A stretch of 59,307 nt of DNA, filler included, from Deltaproteobacteria bacterium (GTDB taxonomy: Bacteria; Myxococcota; JACRCW01), in the NCBI GenBank assembly GCA_016218805.1. It is 3 parts of 3 records of this genome, joined end to end, with 100 filler letters (N's around TTAATTAATTAA, not from the genome) between each part and the next. Parts side by side here need not be neighbours in the genome. Positions count along the whole stretch, not along the records: positions 1 to 20,579 come from JACRCW010000014.1; 2 more parts are not named here. One strand, given 5' to 3'. Made by a program: the position numbers and the translations under genes. The notes beneath the pieces are model-generated. The model was not told the origin of the DNA, did not search any database, and saw only the letters and a list, made by a program, of their open reading frames with translations. The stretch's first letter is position 1, and every line of letters starts with the position of its first letter. This document shows, piece after piece, positions 1-8,601 of the stretch.

Positions 1-1785
1 ATCAAGACGCTGGACCCGCTCAGCCACATCCGGCTGCGGACCGGCATGTACATCGGTCGTCTCGGCGACGGGACGCACCCCGCGGACGGCATCTACGTCC
101 TGATGAAGGAGGTGGTGGACAACTCCGTGGACGAGTTCATCATGGGCGAGGGCCGCAAGATTGACATCACCCGCACCGACGCCACCGTTGCCGTGCGCGA
201 CTACGGGCGCGGCATCCCGCTGGGCAAGGTCATTGAGTGCGTCAGCCAGATCAACACCGGCGGCAAGTACAACGACGACGTCTTCCAGTTCTCAGTGGGC
301 CTCAACGGCGTGGGCACCAAGGCCGTCAACGCGCTCAGCGAGCAGTTTGAGGTCATCAGCTACCGCGACAACCAGTTTGTGCGCGGCACCTTTGAGCGCG
401 GCAAGCTGAAGAAGGAGGACAAGGGGCGCAACAAGGAGGAGCCCAACGGCACGTTTGTGCGCTTCACGCCGGACCCGGAGATCTTCAAGAAGTACACCTG
501 GCATGACGAGTTCATCGCCCGCCGGCTGCACTACTACGTGTTCCTCAACGCCGGGCTGACCATCAACTACAACGGGCAGTCGTTCTCGTCCAAGAACGGC
601 CTGCGTGATCTGCTGGAGTTTGAGATTGGCCAGGAACCGGTGGTGTATGAGGTGTGCCACCACAAGGAAGCGCAGCTGGAGTTCGCCTTCACGCACACCA
701 ACAACTACGGCGAGACGTACTACAGCTTTGTCAACGGCCAGTTCACCAATGACGGCGGCACGCACCAGTCCGCATTCCGGGAAGGCCTGCTCAAGGCGGT
801 CAATGAATTTGCCGGCAAGAGCTTCTCCGGTGAGGACGTGCGCGAGGGCATTGTTGGCGCGGTGGCCATCAAGCTGAAAGACCCGGTTTTTGAGAGCCAG
901 ACCAAGCACAAGTTGGGGAGCGCGGACGTGCGCTCATGGATGGTCCCCGCCGTCAAGGAGGCCACGGAGCGCTGGCTGCACAGCAACCCGGAGTCCGCCA
1001 ACAAGCTGCTGGAGAAGATCCGCACCAACGAGAAAATCCGCACGGAGCTGGCCAAGATCAAGAAGGAGGCCCGCGAGCGCGCGCGCTCCGTGGCGCTGCG
1101 CATCCCCAAGCTGCGGGACTGCAAGATCCACTTCGGTGAGGATGACCTGCGCCGCGAGGAGACCAGCCTGTTCATCACGGAGGGTGATTCGGCCGGCGGG
1201 TCGTTGGTGCAGTGCCGTGACGTGGAGACGCAGGCCATCTTTACCATCAAAGGAAAGCCGCTGAATTGCTTTGGCCTGGCGCGGGACGCCATCTACAAGA
1301 ATGAGGAACTCTACAACATCATGTGCGCGCTGGGCGTGGAGAACGGCCTGGACACGCTGCGCTATAACCGCGTCATCATTGCCACGGACGCGGACGTGGA
1401 TGGCATGCACATCCGCAACCTGCTGCTGACCTATTTCCTGCGGTTCTTTGAGGACCTGGTGACGCGCGGGCACGTGTACATCCTGGAGACCCCGCTGTTC
1501 CGCGTCCGCAACAAGCAGGAGACCCGCTACTGCTACAGCGAGTCCGAACGCGACGCCGCCATGGCCATGATCAAGAACAACGAGGTCACCCGCTTCAAGG
1601 GCCTGGGTGAGATTTCGCCCAAGGAGTTTGGCCAGTTCATTGGCGGGGACATGCGGCTGGTGCAGGTGAACATTGAGAACATGGCGGAAGTCACCAAGGC
1701 GCTCCAGTTCTACATGGGGAAGAACACGCCGGAGCGGAAGGACTTCATCGTCAACAACCTCATCTATGAGCTGGAGGCGCTGTGA
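1..1785 (+). CDS. parE: DNA topoisomerase IV subunit B (5' end outside window)
   Basis: Frame open from base 1 (IKTLDPLSHIRLRTGMYIG); GHKL motifs EVVDNSVDE, DYGRGIP, GLNGVGTKAVNALS; TOPRIM ITEGDSAGG and IATDADVDGMHI; RFKGLGE. Short, lacks GyrB insertion; upstream of parC. Confidence 0.9.
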   Translation: MKTLDPLSHIRLRTGMYIGRLGDGTHPADGIYVLMKEVVDNSVDEFIMGEGRKIDITRTDATVAVRDYGRGIPLGKVIECVSQINTGGKYNDDVFQFSVGLNGVGTKAVNALSEQFEVISYRDNQFVRGTFERGKLKKEDKGRNKEEPNGTFVRFTPDPEIFKKYTWHDEFIARRLHYYVFLNAGLTINYNGQSFSSKNGLRDLLEFEIGQEPVVYEVCHHKEAQLEFAFTHTNNYGETYYSFVNGQFTNDGGTHQSAFREGLLKAVNEFAGKSFSGEDVREGIVGAVAIKLKDPVFESQTKHKLGSADVRSWMVPAVKEATERWLHSNPESANKLLEKIRTNEKIRTELAKIKKEARERARSVALRIPKLRDCKIHFGEDDLRREETSLFITEGDSAGGSLVQCRDVETQAIFTIKGKPLNCFGLARDAIYKNEELYNIMCALGVENGLDTLRYNRVIIATDADVDGMHIRNLLLTYFLRFFEDLVTRGHVYILETPLFRVRNKQETRYCYSESERDAAMAMIKNNEVTRFKGLGEISPKEFGQFIGGDMRLVQVNIENMAEVTKALQFYMGKNTPERKDFIVNNLIYELEAL

Positions 1786-1847
1786 AGGGCTCGGCAGGAG
1801 CCTTGCCCTCCCATGTGGCCCGATTTGTATCCAACAGGACCTGAGCC

Positions 1848-3770
1848 ATGACGTTCCTCGAGCCGCTGATGCGGCAGAACTTCCTCGAATACGCCTCCTA
1901 CGTCGTCGTTGACCGCGCCATCCCGGACATCCGTGACGGGTGCAAGCCGGTGCAACGCCGCATCCTGCACACGCTGTTCAACATGGATGACGGCAAATTC
2001 ATGAAGGTGGCCAACGTCATTGGCGAGGCCATGAAGCTGCACCCGCACGGTGACGCCTCCATTGGGGACGCGCTGGTGGTGCTGGCCAACAAGGAGTTCT
2101 TTCTTGACCGGCAGGGGAACTTTGGCAACGTGCTCACCGGGGATAACGCCGCCGCCGCCCGGTACATTGAGTGCCGGCTCACCCCGCTGGCCAAGGAGAC
2201 GCTGTTCAATGAGCCGCTGACCCGGTTCCTGCCGTCCTATGACGGCCGCAACAAGGAACCTGAGGCGCTCCCCGTCAAGGTCCCCGTCATCCTGATGATG
2301 GGCACGGAAGGCATTGCTGTGGGCATGGCCACGACGATCCTCCCACACAATTTCATTGAATTGCTGCAGGCCCAGGTGCACATCCTCAAGGAGGAACGCT
2401 TCAAGTGCCTGCCGGACTTTGTGCAGGGCGGCCTCATGGACGCCAGCGAGTACGCGGACGGCAAGGGCAAGGTGAAGCTGCGCGCCCGCATTGAGCGCGC
2501 CGGCGACAAGAAGGTGATCATCCGCGAGATTCCCTTTGGCACCACGGTGGACAGCATCATGGCGTCCATTGAGGCGGCGGTGGCCAAGGGCAAGGTGAAG
2601 ATCAGCGAAATCAGCGACCGCACCGGCAGCGAGGTGGAGATTGAGCTCAGCCTGGCGCGTGGCAGCTACGCGGACGAGGTCATCCCGCAGCTGTACGCGT
2701 ACACGGACTGCGAAGTCAGCGTGAACAGCAACATTGTGCTCATCCGGGACCGCAAGCCGGCTGAAATGTCGGTCTCTGAGATCCTCCGCTATCTCACCGA
2801 GCAGCTGAAGGACACCATCAAGCGGGAACTGGAATACGAGCTGGGGCAACTGGAGGAGAAACAGCACGCCCTCACGCTGGAGCAGGTGTTCATTGAGAAC
2901 CGCGTCTACAAGAAGATTGAGACCGCCACCACGGAAGAGGAGGTGGTCAGCAAGGTGTACGGCGGCATGAAGCCGTTTGCCGAGGCGTTTGTGCGGCCCA
3001 TGAACGACGCGGACGTGGCGCGCCTGCTGGAGATCCGCATCAAGCGCATTTCGCAATTCGACATCAACAAGAACCGCAAGGACATTGAGGAGGTCATTGC
3101 CTCCATCAAGAAGGCCAGGAACAAACTGAAGAACCTGGTCCCCACCACCATTGGCTGGTTGGAGGGGTTGATCAAGAAGTACGGCCCGTCCTACCCGCGC
3201 CGCACCAAGGTCACCACGTTCACGGCGGTGGACAAGAAGGCCGTGGCGCTGGCCAACGTGAAGGTGGGGTATGACTCATCCACCGGGTTCTTTGGCACGT
3301 CCGTCCGCGGCGGCGAGAAGGAATTCAAGATCACCGAGTACGACAAGATCCTCATCATCACCCAGGACGGAATGTACAAGGTGGTGGGCCCCGTGGAGAA
3401 GATGCTGGTGGAGGGCAAGGTCGTCCACATGGACGTCTTTGACGAGGAGAAGGGCTTCACGCTCACCGTGGTGTACCGCGACAAGGACGGCGTGCCCTGG
3501 GCCAAGCGCAGCACCATCACGTCCTTCATCAAGGACAAGGAGTACGAGCTCATCAAGGACCGCCAGGGCAAGGTGGACTACCTGGCCACGGACCTGCTGG
3601 GCGAAGTGGTGATGTCCTTCATGACCCGCGGGCGGACCACCGAGTCCCGCTTTGAACTGGAGGCGCTGGAGCCGTGCGGCCTCACGGCGCGCGGCACCAA
3701 GCTGTCTGACAACAAGGCCAGCAAGGTCACGGTGGTGCGCCCGCCGGAACCGGAGCCCCCCAAGGCGTGA
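1848..3770 (+). CDS. parC: DNA topoisomerase IV subunit A
   Basis: RAIPDIRDGCKPVQRRIL, HPHGDASI, catalytic Tyr in AAARYIE, GIAVGMAT; short CTD with no GyrA box. Confidence 0.9.
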   Translation: MTFLEPLMRQNFLEYASYVVVDRAIPDIRDGCKPVQRRILHTLFNMDDGKFMKVANVIGEAMKLHPHGDASIGDALVVLANKEFFLDRQGNFGNVLTGDNAAAARYIECRLTPLAKETLFNEPLTRFLPSYDGRNKEPEALPVKVPVILMMGTEGIAVGMATTILPHNFIELLQAQVHILKEERFKCLPDFVQGGLMDASEYADGKGKVKLRARIERAGDKKVIIREIPFGTTVDSIMASIEAAVAKGKVKISEISDRTGSEVEIELSLARGSYADEVIPQLYAYTDCEVSVNSNIVLIRDRKPAEMSVSEILRYLTEQLKDTIKRELEYELGQLEEKQHALTLEQVFIENRVYKKIETATTEEEVVSKVYGGMKPFAEAFVRPMNDADVARLLEIRIKRISQFDINKNRKDIEEVIASIKKARNKLKNLVPTTIGWLEGLIKKYGPSYPRRTKVTTFTAVDKKAVALANVKVGYDSSTGFFGTSVRGGEKEFKITEYDKILIITQDGMYKVVGPVEKMLVEGKVVHMDVFDEEKGFTLTVVYRDKDGVPWAKRSTITSFIKDKEYELIKDRQGKVDYLATDLLGEVVMSFMTRGRTTESRFELEALEPCGLTARGTKLSDNKASKVTVVRPPEPEPPKA

Positions 3771-3843
3771 GACCGCCGTGCGGCACCCGTTGCGCGCCCC
3801 GCGGGCTGCCCGTAGCTTTCCCGCCTCCCGTGAGGATTCCCTG

Positions 3844-4866
3844 ATGAACCGCCTGAAATGCCTGCTGGCTGCGCTTGCCGTGGTGATCGCCTGTGACGGC
3901 TGTCCGGTTGGCGGCGGGGACGCGGGTCCGGACGCGGGGGGCGGCGGAGATGGCGGGGGGAACAGTTCTTCATCCGGCAGCAGCAGCGGGGATGCGGGCC
4001 GGCGTGACGGCGGCAGCCGTGACGGCGGGGACGGCGGGCCCGGCTGCGGGCCGGATACGCCGGGCTTTGGCGAAGCGTGCGGCGACTGCGGCTACATGGT
4101 GTGCGGGCGCGGTGGCGAACTGACGTGCCAGGACCCCGGCAAGAACGCGTGTGACGTGTGCGGCCAGTTGGACACCGCGGGCGGCATCGTCGGGCGGACC
4201 TGCGGATCCTGCGGCATGGTGGGGTGCGCGGATGGCGGCCTGGTCACCGAGTGCCAGGGCGAGCACCCGCCCAACGCGTGTGGCGGTTGCGAGGATTTCC
4301 CGCTGCTGGCGGACGGCGACCCGCGCGGTCCACCGGACGCGGGTTGCAGCAGCTGCGGCACCGGCCGCTGGTCGTGCCGGGCGTCGCTGAATGACCTGTC
4401 GTGCTGGGGTGGCCGCGCGGAGAGTTCGTCCTGCGGCACGTGTGGGCCGTGCATCAAGTACCGCGCTGACATGAGTGACCTCAGCCAGGGCGCGTTTGTG
4501 CTGGCCGGGACGCGCGCCGTCATTGAGGACGTGGGTGTGGACCAGGCCATGGGCACCACGCCCGGGGACACGCTGCTGCTGACGTTTGAACCGCTGCTCA
4601 CCGGTCCGGGCGGCCTGGTGATGGAGGCGGCCATTGTCTACCTGAGTCCCACCAGCCAGCACGACGACAGCAACGCGTTTGCGCTGCGGGAGTTGTTCAG
4701 CGCCTACAGCTTTGGGGAGCGGGGTGACCCGGTGCGGCAGTACCACGTGTATCCGCCGCTGCCGTCGTACCTGCCGGGGATGCGGTACGTGATCATCTTT
4801 GACGGCTTCCTGGGCCAGGTGGTCTCACGCGGTGAGCTGGTGGCCGGCCCGCCCCCGGGTCCCTGA
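3844..4866 (+). CDS. Cys-rich lipoprotein with possible C-terminal DM13-like domain
   Basis: ATG 3844 after GAGGA; signal peptide ending VIAC; Gly/Ser linker; repeated CGxCG..C..NACxxC units; C-terminal pattern resembles DM13. Confidence 0.7.
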   Translation: MNRLKCLLAALAVVIACDGCPVGGGDAGPDAGGGGDGGGNSSSSGSSSGDAGRRDGGSRDGGDGGPGCGPDTPGFGEACGDCGYMVCGRGGELTCQDPGKNACDVCGQLDTAGGIVGRTCGSCGMVGCADGGLVTECQGEHPPNACGGCEDFPLLADGDPRGPPDAGCSSCGTGRWSCRASLNDLSCWGGRAESSSCGTCGPCIKYRADMSDLSQGAFVLAGTRAVIEDVGVDQAMGTTPGDTLLLTFEPLLTGPGGLVMEAAIVYLSPTSQHDDSNAFALRELFSAYSFGERGDPVRQYHVYPPLPSYLPGMRYVIIFDGFLGQVVSRGELVAGPPPGP

Positions 4867-4932
4867 CGCCGGGCAGGAGACGTTGACGTCGGGTGCCCCG
4901 GCACGGTTGACTGCCTCGTCGTCCGCGCCGCC

Positions 4933-6699
4933 ATGGGTACCTTCAGTAACGCCGTCAAGGTTGGACTTGTGATGGCCCTGGCCATTGCGGCGGGGGCGTA
5001 CTGGTTCTTCTCCACCACCAAGGGCGGCCTGAGCGCCGGAGACGCCTACCAGGTCTACGCGTACATGCCGGACGCGGCGGGCCTGTCCCTCAAGAGCAAG
5101 GTGAGCCTGGGAGGCCTCACGGTGGGGACCATTGAGGACATCCACCTGGTGGACATGGATGACGCCACGCAGGTCCCGCCTGAAGACCGCCCGGACTACC
5201 GCGGCAAGCAGCGCCACGGATACATGAGCAAGGTGACCATCTGGATCAAGAAGAAATTCCCCATCCGGACTGACACGCGCCTGCAGAAAGAGACGGAGGG
5301 GCTCATCGGGTCCCGCATCCTGCGGTTGTACCCGGAGACGGACTATGACCGGCCGGAGGGCATGGCGCCGTTCGTCAAGGACGGGGAACAGTTGCGCCAC
5401 GTGGAATGGGAAGGGGACCTGGACAAGCTGAGCACCATGGCCAAGGGCATTGGCGGGCAGATCCAGCAGGTCATTGACCTCAACAAGGATGACCTGCGGG
5501 ACATTGTGCACTCGGTGCGCAACTTCATGGGGCCGGACCCCGGGGGTTCCCCGCCGCCGTCCTTTCCCGCGGTGGTCAAGCAGCTGCAGGACACCATGGA
5601 GGACGTGGACCGCAGCCTCACCAAGCTGCTGTCCAGCGCGGATGGCGTGGTCAAGGACAACCGCGAAGTGGTCAAGGAACTGCTGGAGAACATCAACCGC
5701 ATCACCACGGAGCTCAAGAACATCAGCGAAGGGCAGGGCGACCGCGGCGTGGCGCTGGACACCATGGTGCGCAACGTGACGCAGGTGACGGAGGACCTGC
5801 GCCACGTGGTGGCGGACATCCGCGAGTTGACCGGCGGGCTCAACGGCGCGGACGGCGGCCCGAGCGGCCGGCCCACGGCGGGCGTGAAGGACACGGTGGA
5901 CCGCCTCAACAAGAACCTGGCCAACCTGGAGCAGATCACGGACCGCGTGCAGAAGGGCGAAGGCAACGTGGGCCGCTTCCTCAAGGACGACAAGCTCATC
6001 AACGACGTGGAGGACGCGGTGGACGGGGCCACGGATTTCATCAACGGCCTCAGCCGCACCGACACGCACGTGGACATTCTGGCCTGGTACAACGCGCGCA
6101 CCTTCTCGGCCCACAACGGCATCTCCGTGAGGTTCCAGCCCAAGCCGGACAAGTATTACCTGCTGGAGTTCATCAATGACCCCAAGCGCGCCGGCCTGCA
6201 GAAGATGGTGACCACGCGCAACCTGACCGACGGTACCAGCAAGATGGAATCAATCACCGAGGTGACCGATTCATTCAAGATCAGCCTGATGTGGGCCAAG
6301 ATGTGGGGTCCGATGACGTTGCGCGTGGGCCTGGTGGAAGGCTCCGGCGGGGTGGGCGGCAATTTCAACTTCTGGGATGACCGCGTCCAGTTCCGCTGGG
6401 ACCTGTTCCAGTTCAGCCTGCTGCGCTTCCCGCGCTGGCGCGGCTACGGGCAGATCCAGCCGGTGCCGCACCTGTACGTGCTGGCCGGCCTGGATGACCC
6501 GCTCAACTTCAACTTCACCGGCATGGTGCCGCGGGACCGCCTGCCCACGTACTTCCGGCGTGACTGGACCGCGTTTGACTGGCGCAACCCCAACAGCTTT
6601 GGCGCCACGGACGTGTTTGTGGGCGGCGGCATCACGTTCACCGATGACGATCTGCGCGCCGTGTTCACCCAGATCCCGTCCGCCGCGTTCCCGAAATGA
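4933..6699 (+). CDS. mlaD: MCE/MlaD family protein (long form)
   Basis: N-terminal TM; MCE motifs DAAGLSLKSKVSLGGLTVGTI and GLIGSRILRL; helical stalk with GEGNVGRFLKDD; aromatic beta-rich C-terminus. Confidence 0.85.
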   Translation: MGTFSNAVKVGLVMALAIAAGAYWFFSTTKGGLSAGDAYQVYAYMPDAAGLSLKSKVSLGGLTVGTIEDIHLVDMDDATQVPPEDRPDYRGKQRHGYMSKVTIWIKKKFPIRTDTRLQKETEGLIGSRILRLYPETDYDRPEGMAPFVKDGEQLRHVEWEGDLDKLSTMAKGIGGQIQQVIDLNKDDLRDIVHSVRNFMGPDPGGSPPPSFPAVVKQLQDTMEDVDRSLTKLLSSADGVVKDNREVVKELLENINRITTELKNISEGQGDRGVALDTMVRNVTQVTEDLRHVVADIRELTGGLNGADGGPSGRPTAGVKDTVDRLNKNLANLEQITDRVQKGEGNVGRFLKDDKLINDVEDAVDGATDFINGLSRTDTHVDILAWYNARTFSAHNGISVRFQPKPDKYYLLEFINDPKRAGLQKMVTTRNLTDGTSKMESITEVTDSFKISLMWAKMWGPMTLRVGLVEGSGGVGGNFNFWDDRVQFRWDLFQFSLLRFPRWRGYGQIQPVPHLYVLAGLDDPLNFNFTGMVPRDRLPTYFRRDWTAFDWRNPNSFGATDVFVGGGITFTDDDLRAVFTQIPSAAFPK

Positions 6700-7919
6700 C
6701 CGTGCGCGCGGGCCTCCGCTCCTGGCGCGCGGCGGGCGCCGTGGGACTGCTGGCCAGCCTGCTGGCCGCCGCCGCCGGTGGTGATACCGACGGGGACGGC
6801 ATCAGTGACGCGGACGACGACTGCCCCAAGGTGAAAGGTCCCGGGCCCACCGGCTGCCCGCGCAAGGACTCAGACGGGGACGGCCTGTGGGACGGCGTGG
6901 ACAGCTGCCCCAACGAAGCGGAGGACCCCAACGGCGTGCGCGACGGCGACGGTTGCCCCGACGACCCGTTCCTGGTGGAGAAGGCCGGCGTGGTCCAGCT
7001 GCTCAAGCCGTTCACCTACGCCAAGGACCGCTCCGCGCCGCCGCCGGACGCGCAGGAAGCGGTGAAGGCGCTGGCGCGTTGGTTCAAGCGGGACCCGCGG
7101 TCACAGCGCGCGGAGATTGTGGTGTTGGTGGACCCCGCTGAGGGCAGGAAGGGCCGCGCGGAAGCCGTGGCGCAGGACCGCGCGGACGCGCTGGCCGTGG
7201 TGCTGCAGGCGGCCGGTTTGCGGCCGGAGCAGGTGGTGGGCCGCGTGGAGCGGGGCGGGAAGAAGGACCCGGTGCGGCAGTGCATGCTGCGCATCCTGCT
7301 GGGCACCGGTGAGCGGCCCAAGGCGGAGGGTGAGGGCGCCAGCTCCGCGGCAGGCGAGGCGGCGCCGGCCGGCGGTTCCTCGTCAGGGAAGGCGGCTGCG
7401 GTCGCTTCGTCCTCGGGGAAGGCGGCTGCGGTCGCTTCGTCCTCGGGGAAGGCGGCTGCGGTCGCTTCGTCGTCGGGGAAGGCGGCTGCGGTCGCGTCGT
7501 CGTCCGGCGCAGTGGCTGCACCGGTGTCGTCGTCGGGACCGGCGCCCGCGTCATCGTCCGGGAAGGCGGCGGGGACCTCGTCGTCCGGGGCGCCGCCGTC
7601 GTCGTCCGTCGCGCCCAAGGCCGCCGCGCCGTCGTCGTCCGCTGCGCCGCCGCCGTCTTCCGCTGCCAAGGCGCCGCCGTCTTCCTCCGCTGCGGCCAGA
7701 GTGACGTCGTCCAGCGCGGCACGCGCCGGCTCGTCTTCTGCGACGGCGCCAGCGGCGGGAGCCGGTCCGTCCAGCGCGGCCGCACCACCGGCAGCGTCGT
7801 CAGGCGCGGCCCCGGTGGATGACTGGGACAAGAACGCATGGGAGGGCGATGAGAAGAACGCGCCCCCCGAGAAGAAGGCTCCGCCGGAAAAGAAGAAGGG
7901 CCGGAAGGGGAAGAAGTAG
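6696..7919 (+). CDS. Thrombospondin type-3 repeat / degenerate OmpA-like protein with Ser/Ala-rich tail
   Basis: ATGA overlap with mlaD; signal peptide; DTDGDGISDADDDCP and DSDGDGLWDGVDSCP repeats; AQDRADALAVVL OmpA-like helix; low-complexity tail. Confidence 0.7.
   Translation: MTVRAGLRSWRAAGAVGLLASLLAAAAGGDTDGDGISDADDDCPKVKGPGPTGCPRKDSDGDGLWDGVDSCPNEAEDPNGVRDGDGCPDDPFLVEKAGVVQLLKPFTYAKDRSAPPPDAQEAVKALARWFKRDPRSQRAEIVVLVDPAEGRKGRAEAVAQDRADALAVVLQAAGLRPEQVVGRVERGGKKDPVRQCMLRILLGTGERPKAEGEGASSAAGEAAPAGGSSSGKAAAVASSSGKAAAVASSSGKAAAVASSSGKAAAVASSSGAVAAPVSSSGPAPASSSGKAAGTSSSGAPPSSSVAPKAAAPSSSAAPPPSSAAKAPPSSSAAARVTSSSAARAGSSSATAPAAGAGPSSAAAPPAASSGAAPVDDWDKNAWEGDEKNAPPEKKAPPEKKKGRKGKK
7386..7505 (+). 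repeat. Intragenic 30-bp tandem repeat x4 encoding GKAAAVASSS
   Basis: gggaaggcggctgcggtcgc(t/g)tcgtc(c/g)tc(g/c) four times in frame. Confidence 0.9.
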
Positions 7920-7926
7920 CTTCGCG

Positions 7927-8601
7927 TCAGGGACCCGGTGGTCCCGCCATGCGCGGCGGGCGCCGGTCGCGCAGGGGCAGCGCGTCAAACGCGGTCTGTT
8001 GTTCCGGCGTGAGCACCGCGCGCACGGCCTCGTCAGAGCGGCGCCGTCCAAACCCACCGTCAGGCGGCGGGTCCCCCGGTTCCCAGTGTTGGAACAGCTC
8101 GGCGCGGCGGCGTTCCTCTTCCGCCAATGCCTCACGGACCCGCGCCAGCTGCGCGTCATCCAGCCCCAGGCGTTCCTTGAGGTCGCCCAGCCAGCGTTCA
8201 CGGCGCTCCTCGCGGCGGGCCGCGCGCTCCTCGCGCCGGACCCGGTCCCGGTTCTCCAGCACGCGCTCCACCGCGTCATCCAGCGCGGGGGTTGCGGCCA
8301 ACTCGGCGGCGGGGTGCGCCTCCGCGGGCGGCGCGGGGCGCACCGCTGCACCGGCATCCCGGCCCACCAAGGCGGCGCGCACGTCCCCCAGGCGTTCATG
8401 CGCGTCAACGATCTCCGCTTCCAGGCGCTCCAGCCGGCGCCGGTCCTTCTCACGGTCCGCTTCCAGCTCGCGCATGCGGCCTTCCAGCGCGGCGGTGTTG
8501 CCCGGCGGGGCGGGGGCGGGCGCATCCCGGACACCGGCCATCAGCAGTGCCACTCCGGCCAGCAGCAGCGCCGCCGCAGCCAGAACCCGCTCCGGGTTCA
8601 A
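7927..8601 (-). CDS. Membrane-anchored coiled-coil protein with LTxxQ (Spy/CpxP-like) motif
   Basis: Probable TTG start overlapping the RND stop; N-terminal hydrophobic segment, coiled coil, LGLDDAQ and VLTPEQQ motifs. Confidence 0.6.
   Translation of the reverse strand: MNPERVLAAAALLLAGVALLMAGVRDAPAPAPPGNTAALEGRMRELEADREKDRRRLERLEAEIVDAHERLGDVRAALVGRDAGAAVRPAPPAEAHPAAELAATPALDDAVERVLENRDRVRREERAARREERRERWLGDLKERLGLDDAQLARVREALAEEERRRAELFQHWEPGDPPPDGGFGRRRSDEAVRAVLTPEQQTAFDALPLRDRRPPRMAGPPGP

Noticed and set aside
3844..4866. Cys-rich protein as a cytochrome or ferredoxin
   Set aside because: No CxxCH and no CxxCxxC...CP ferredoxin spacing; an exported lipoprotein, so disulfides are more likely.
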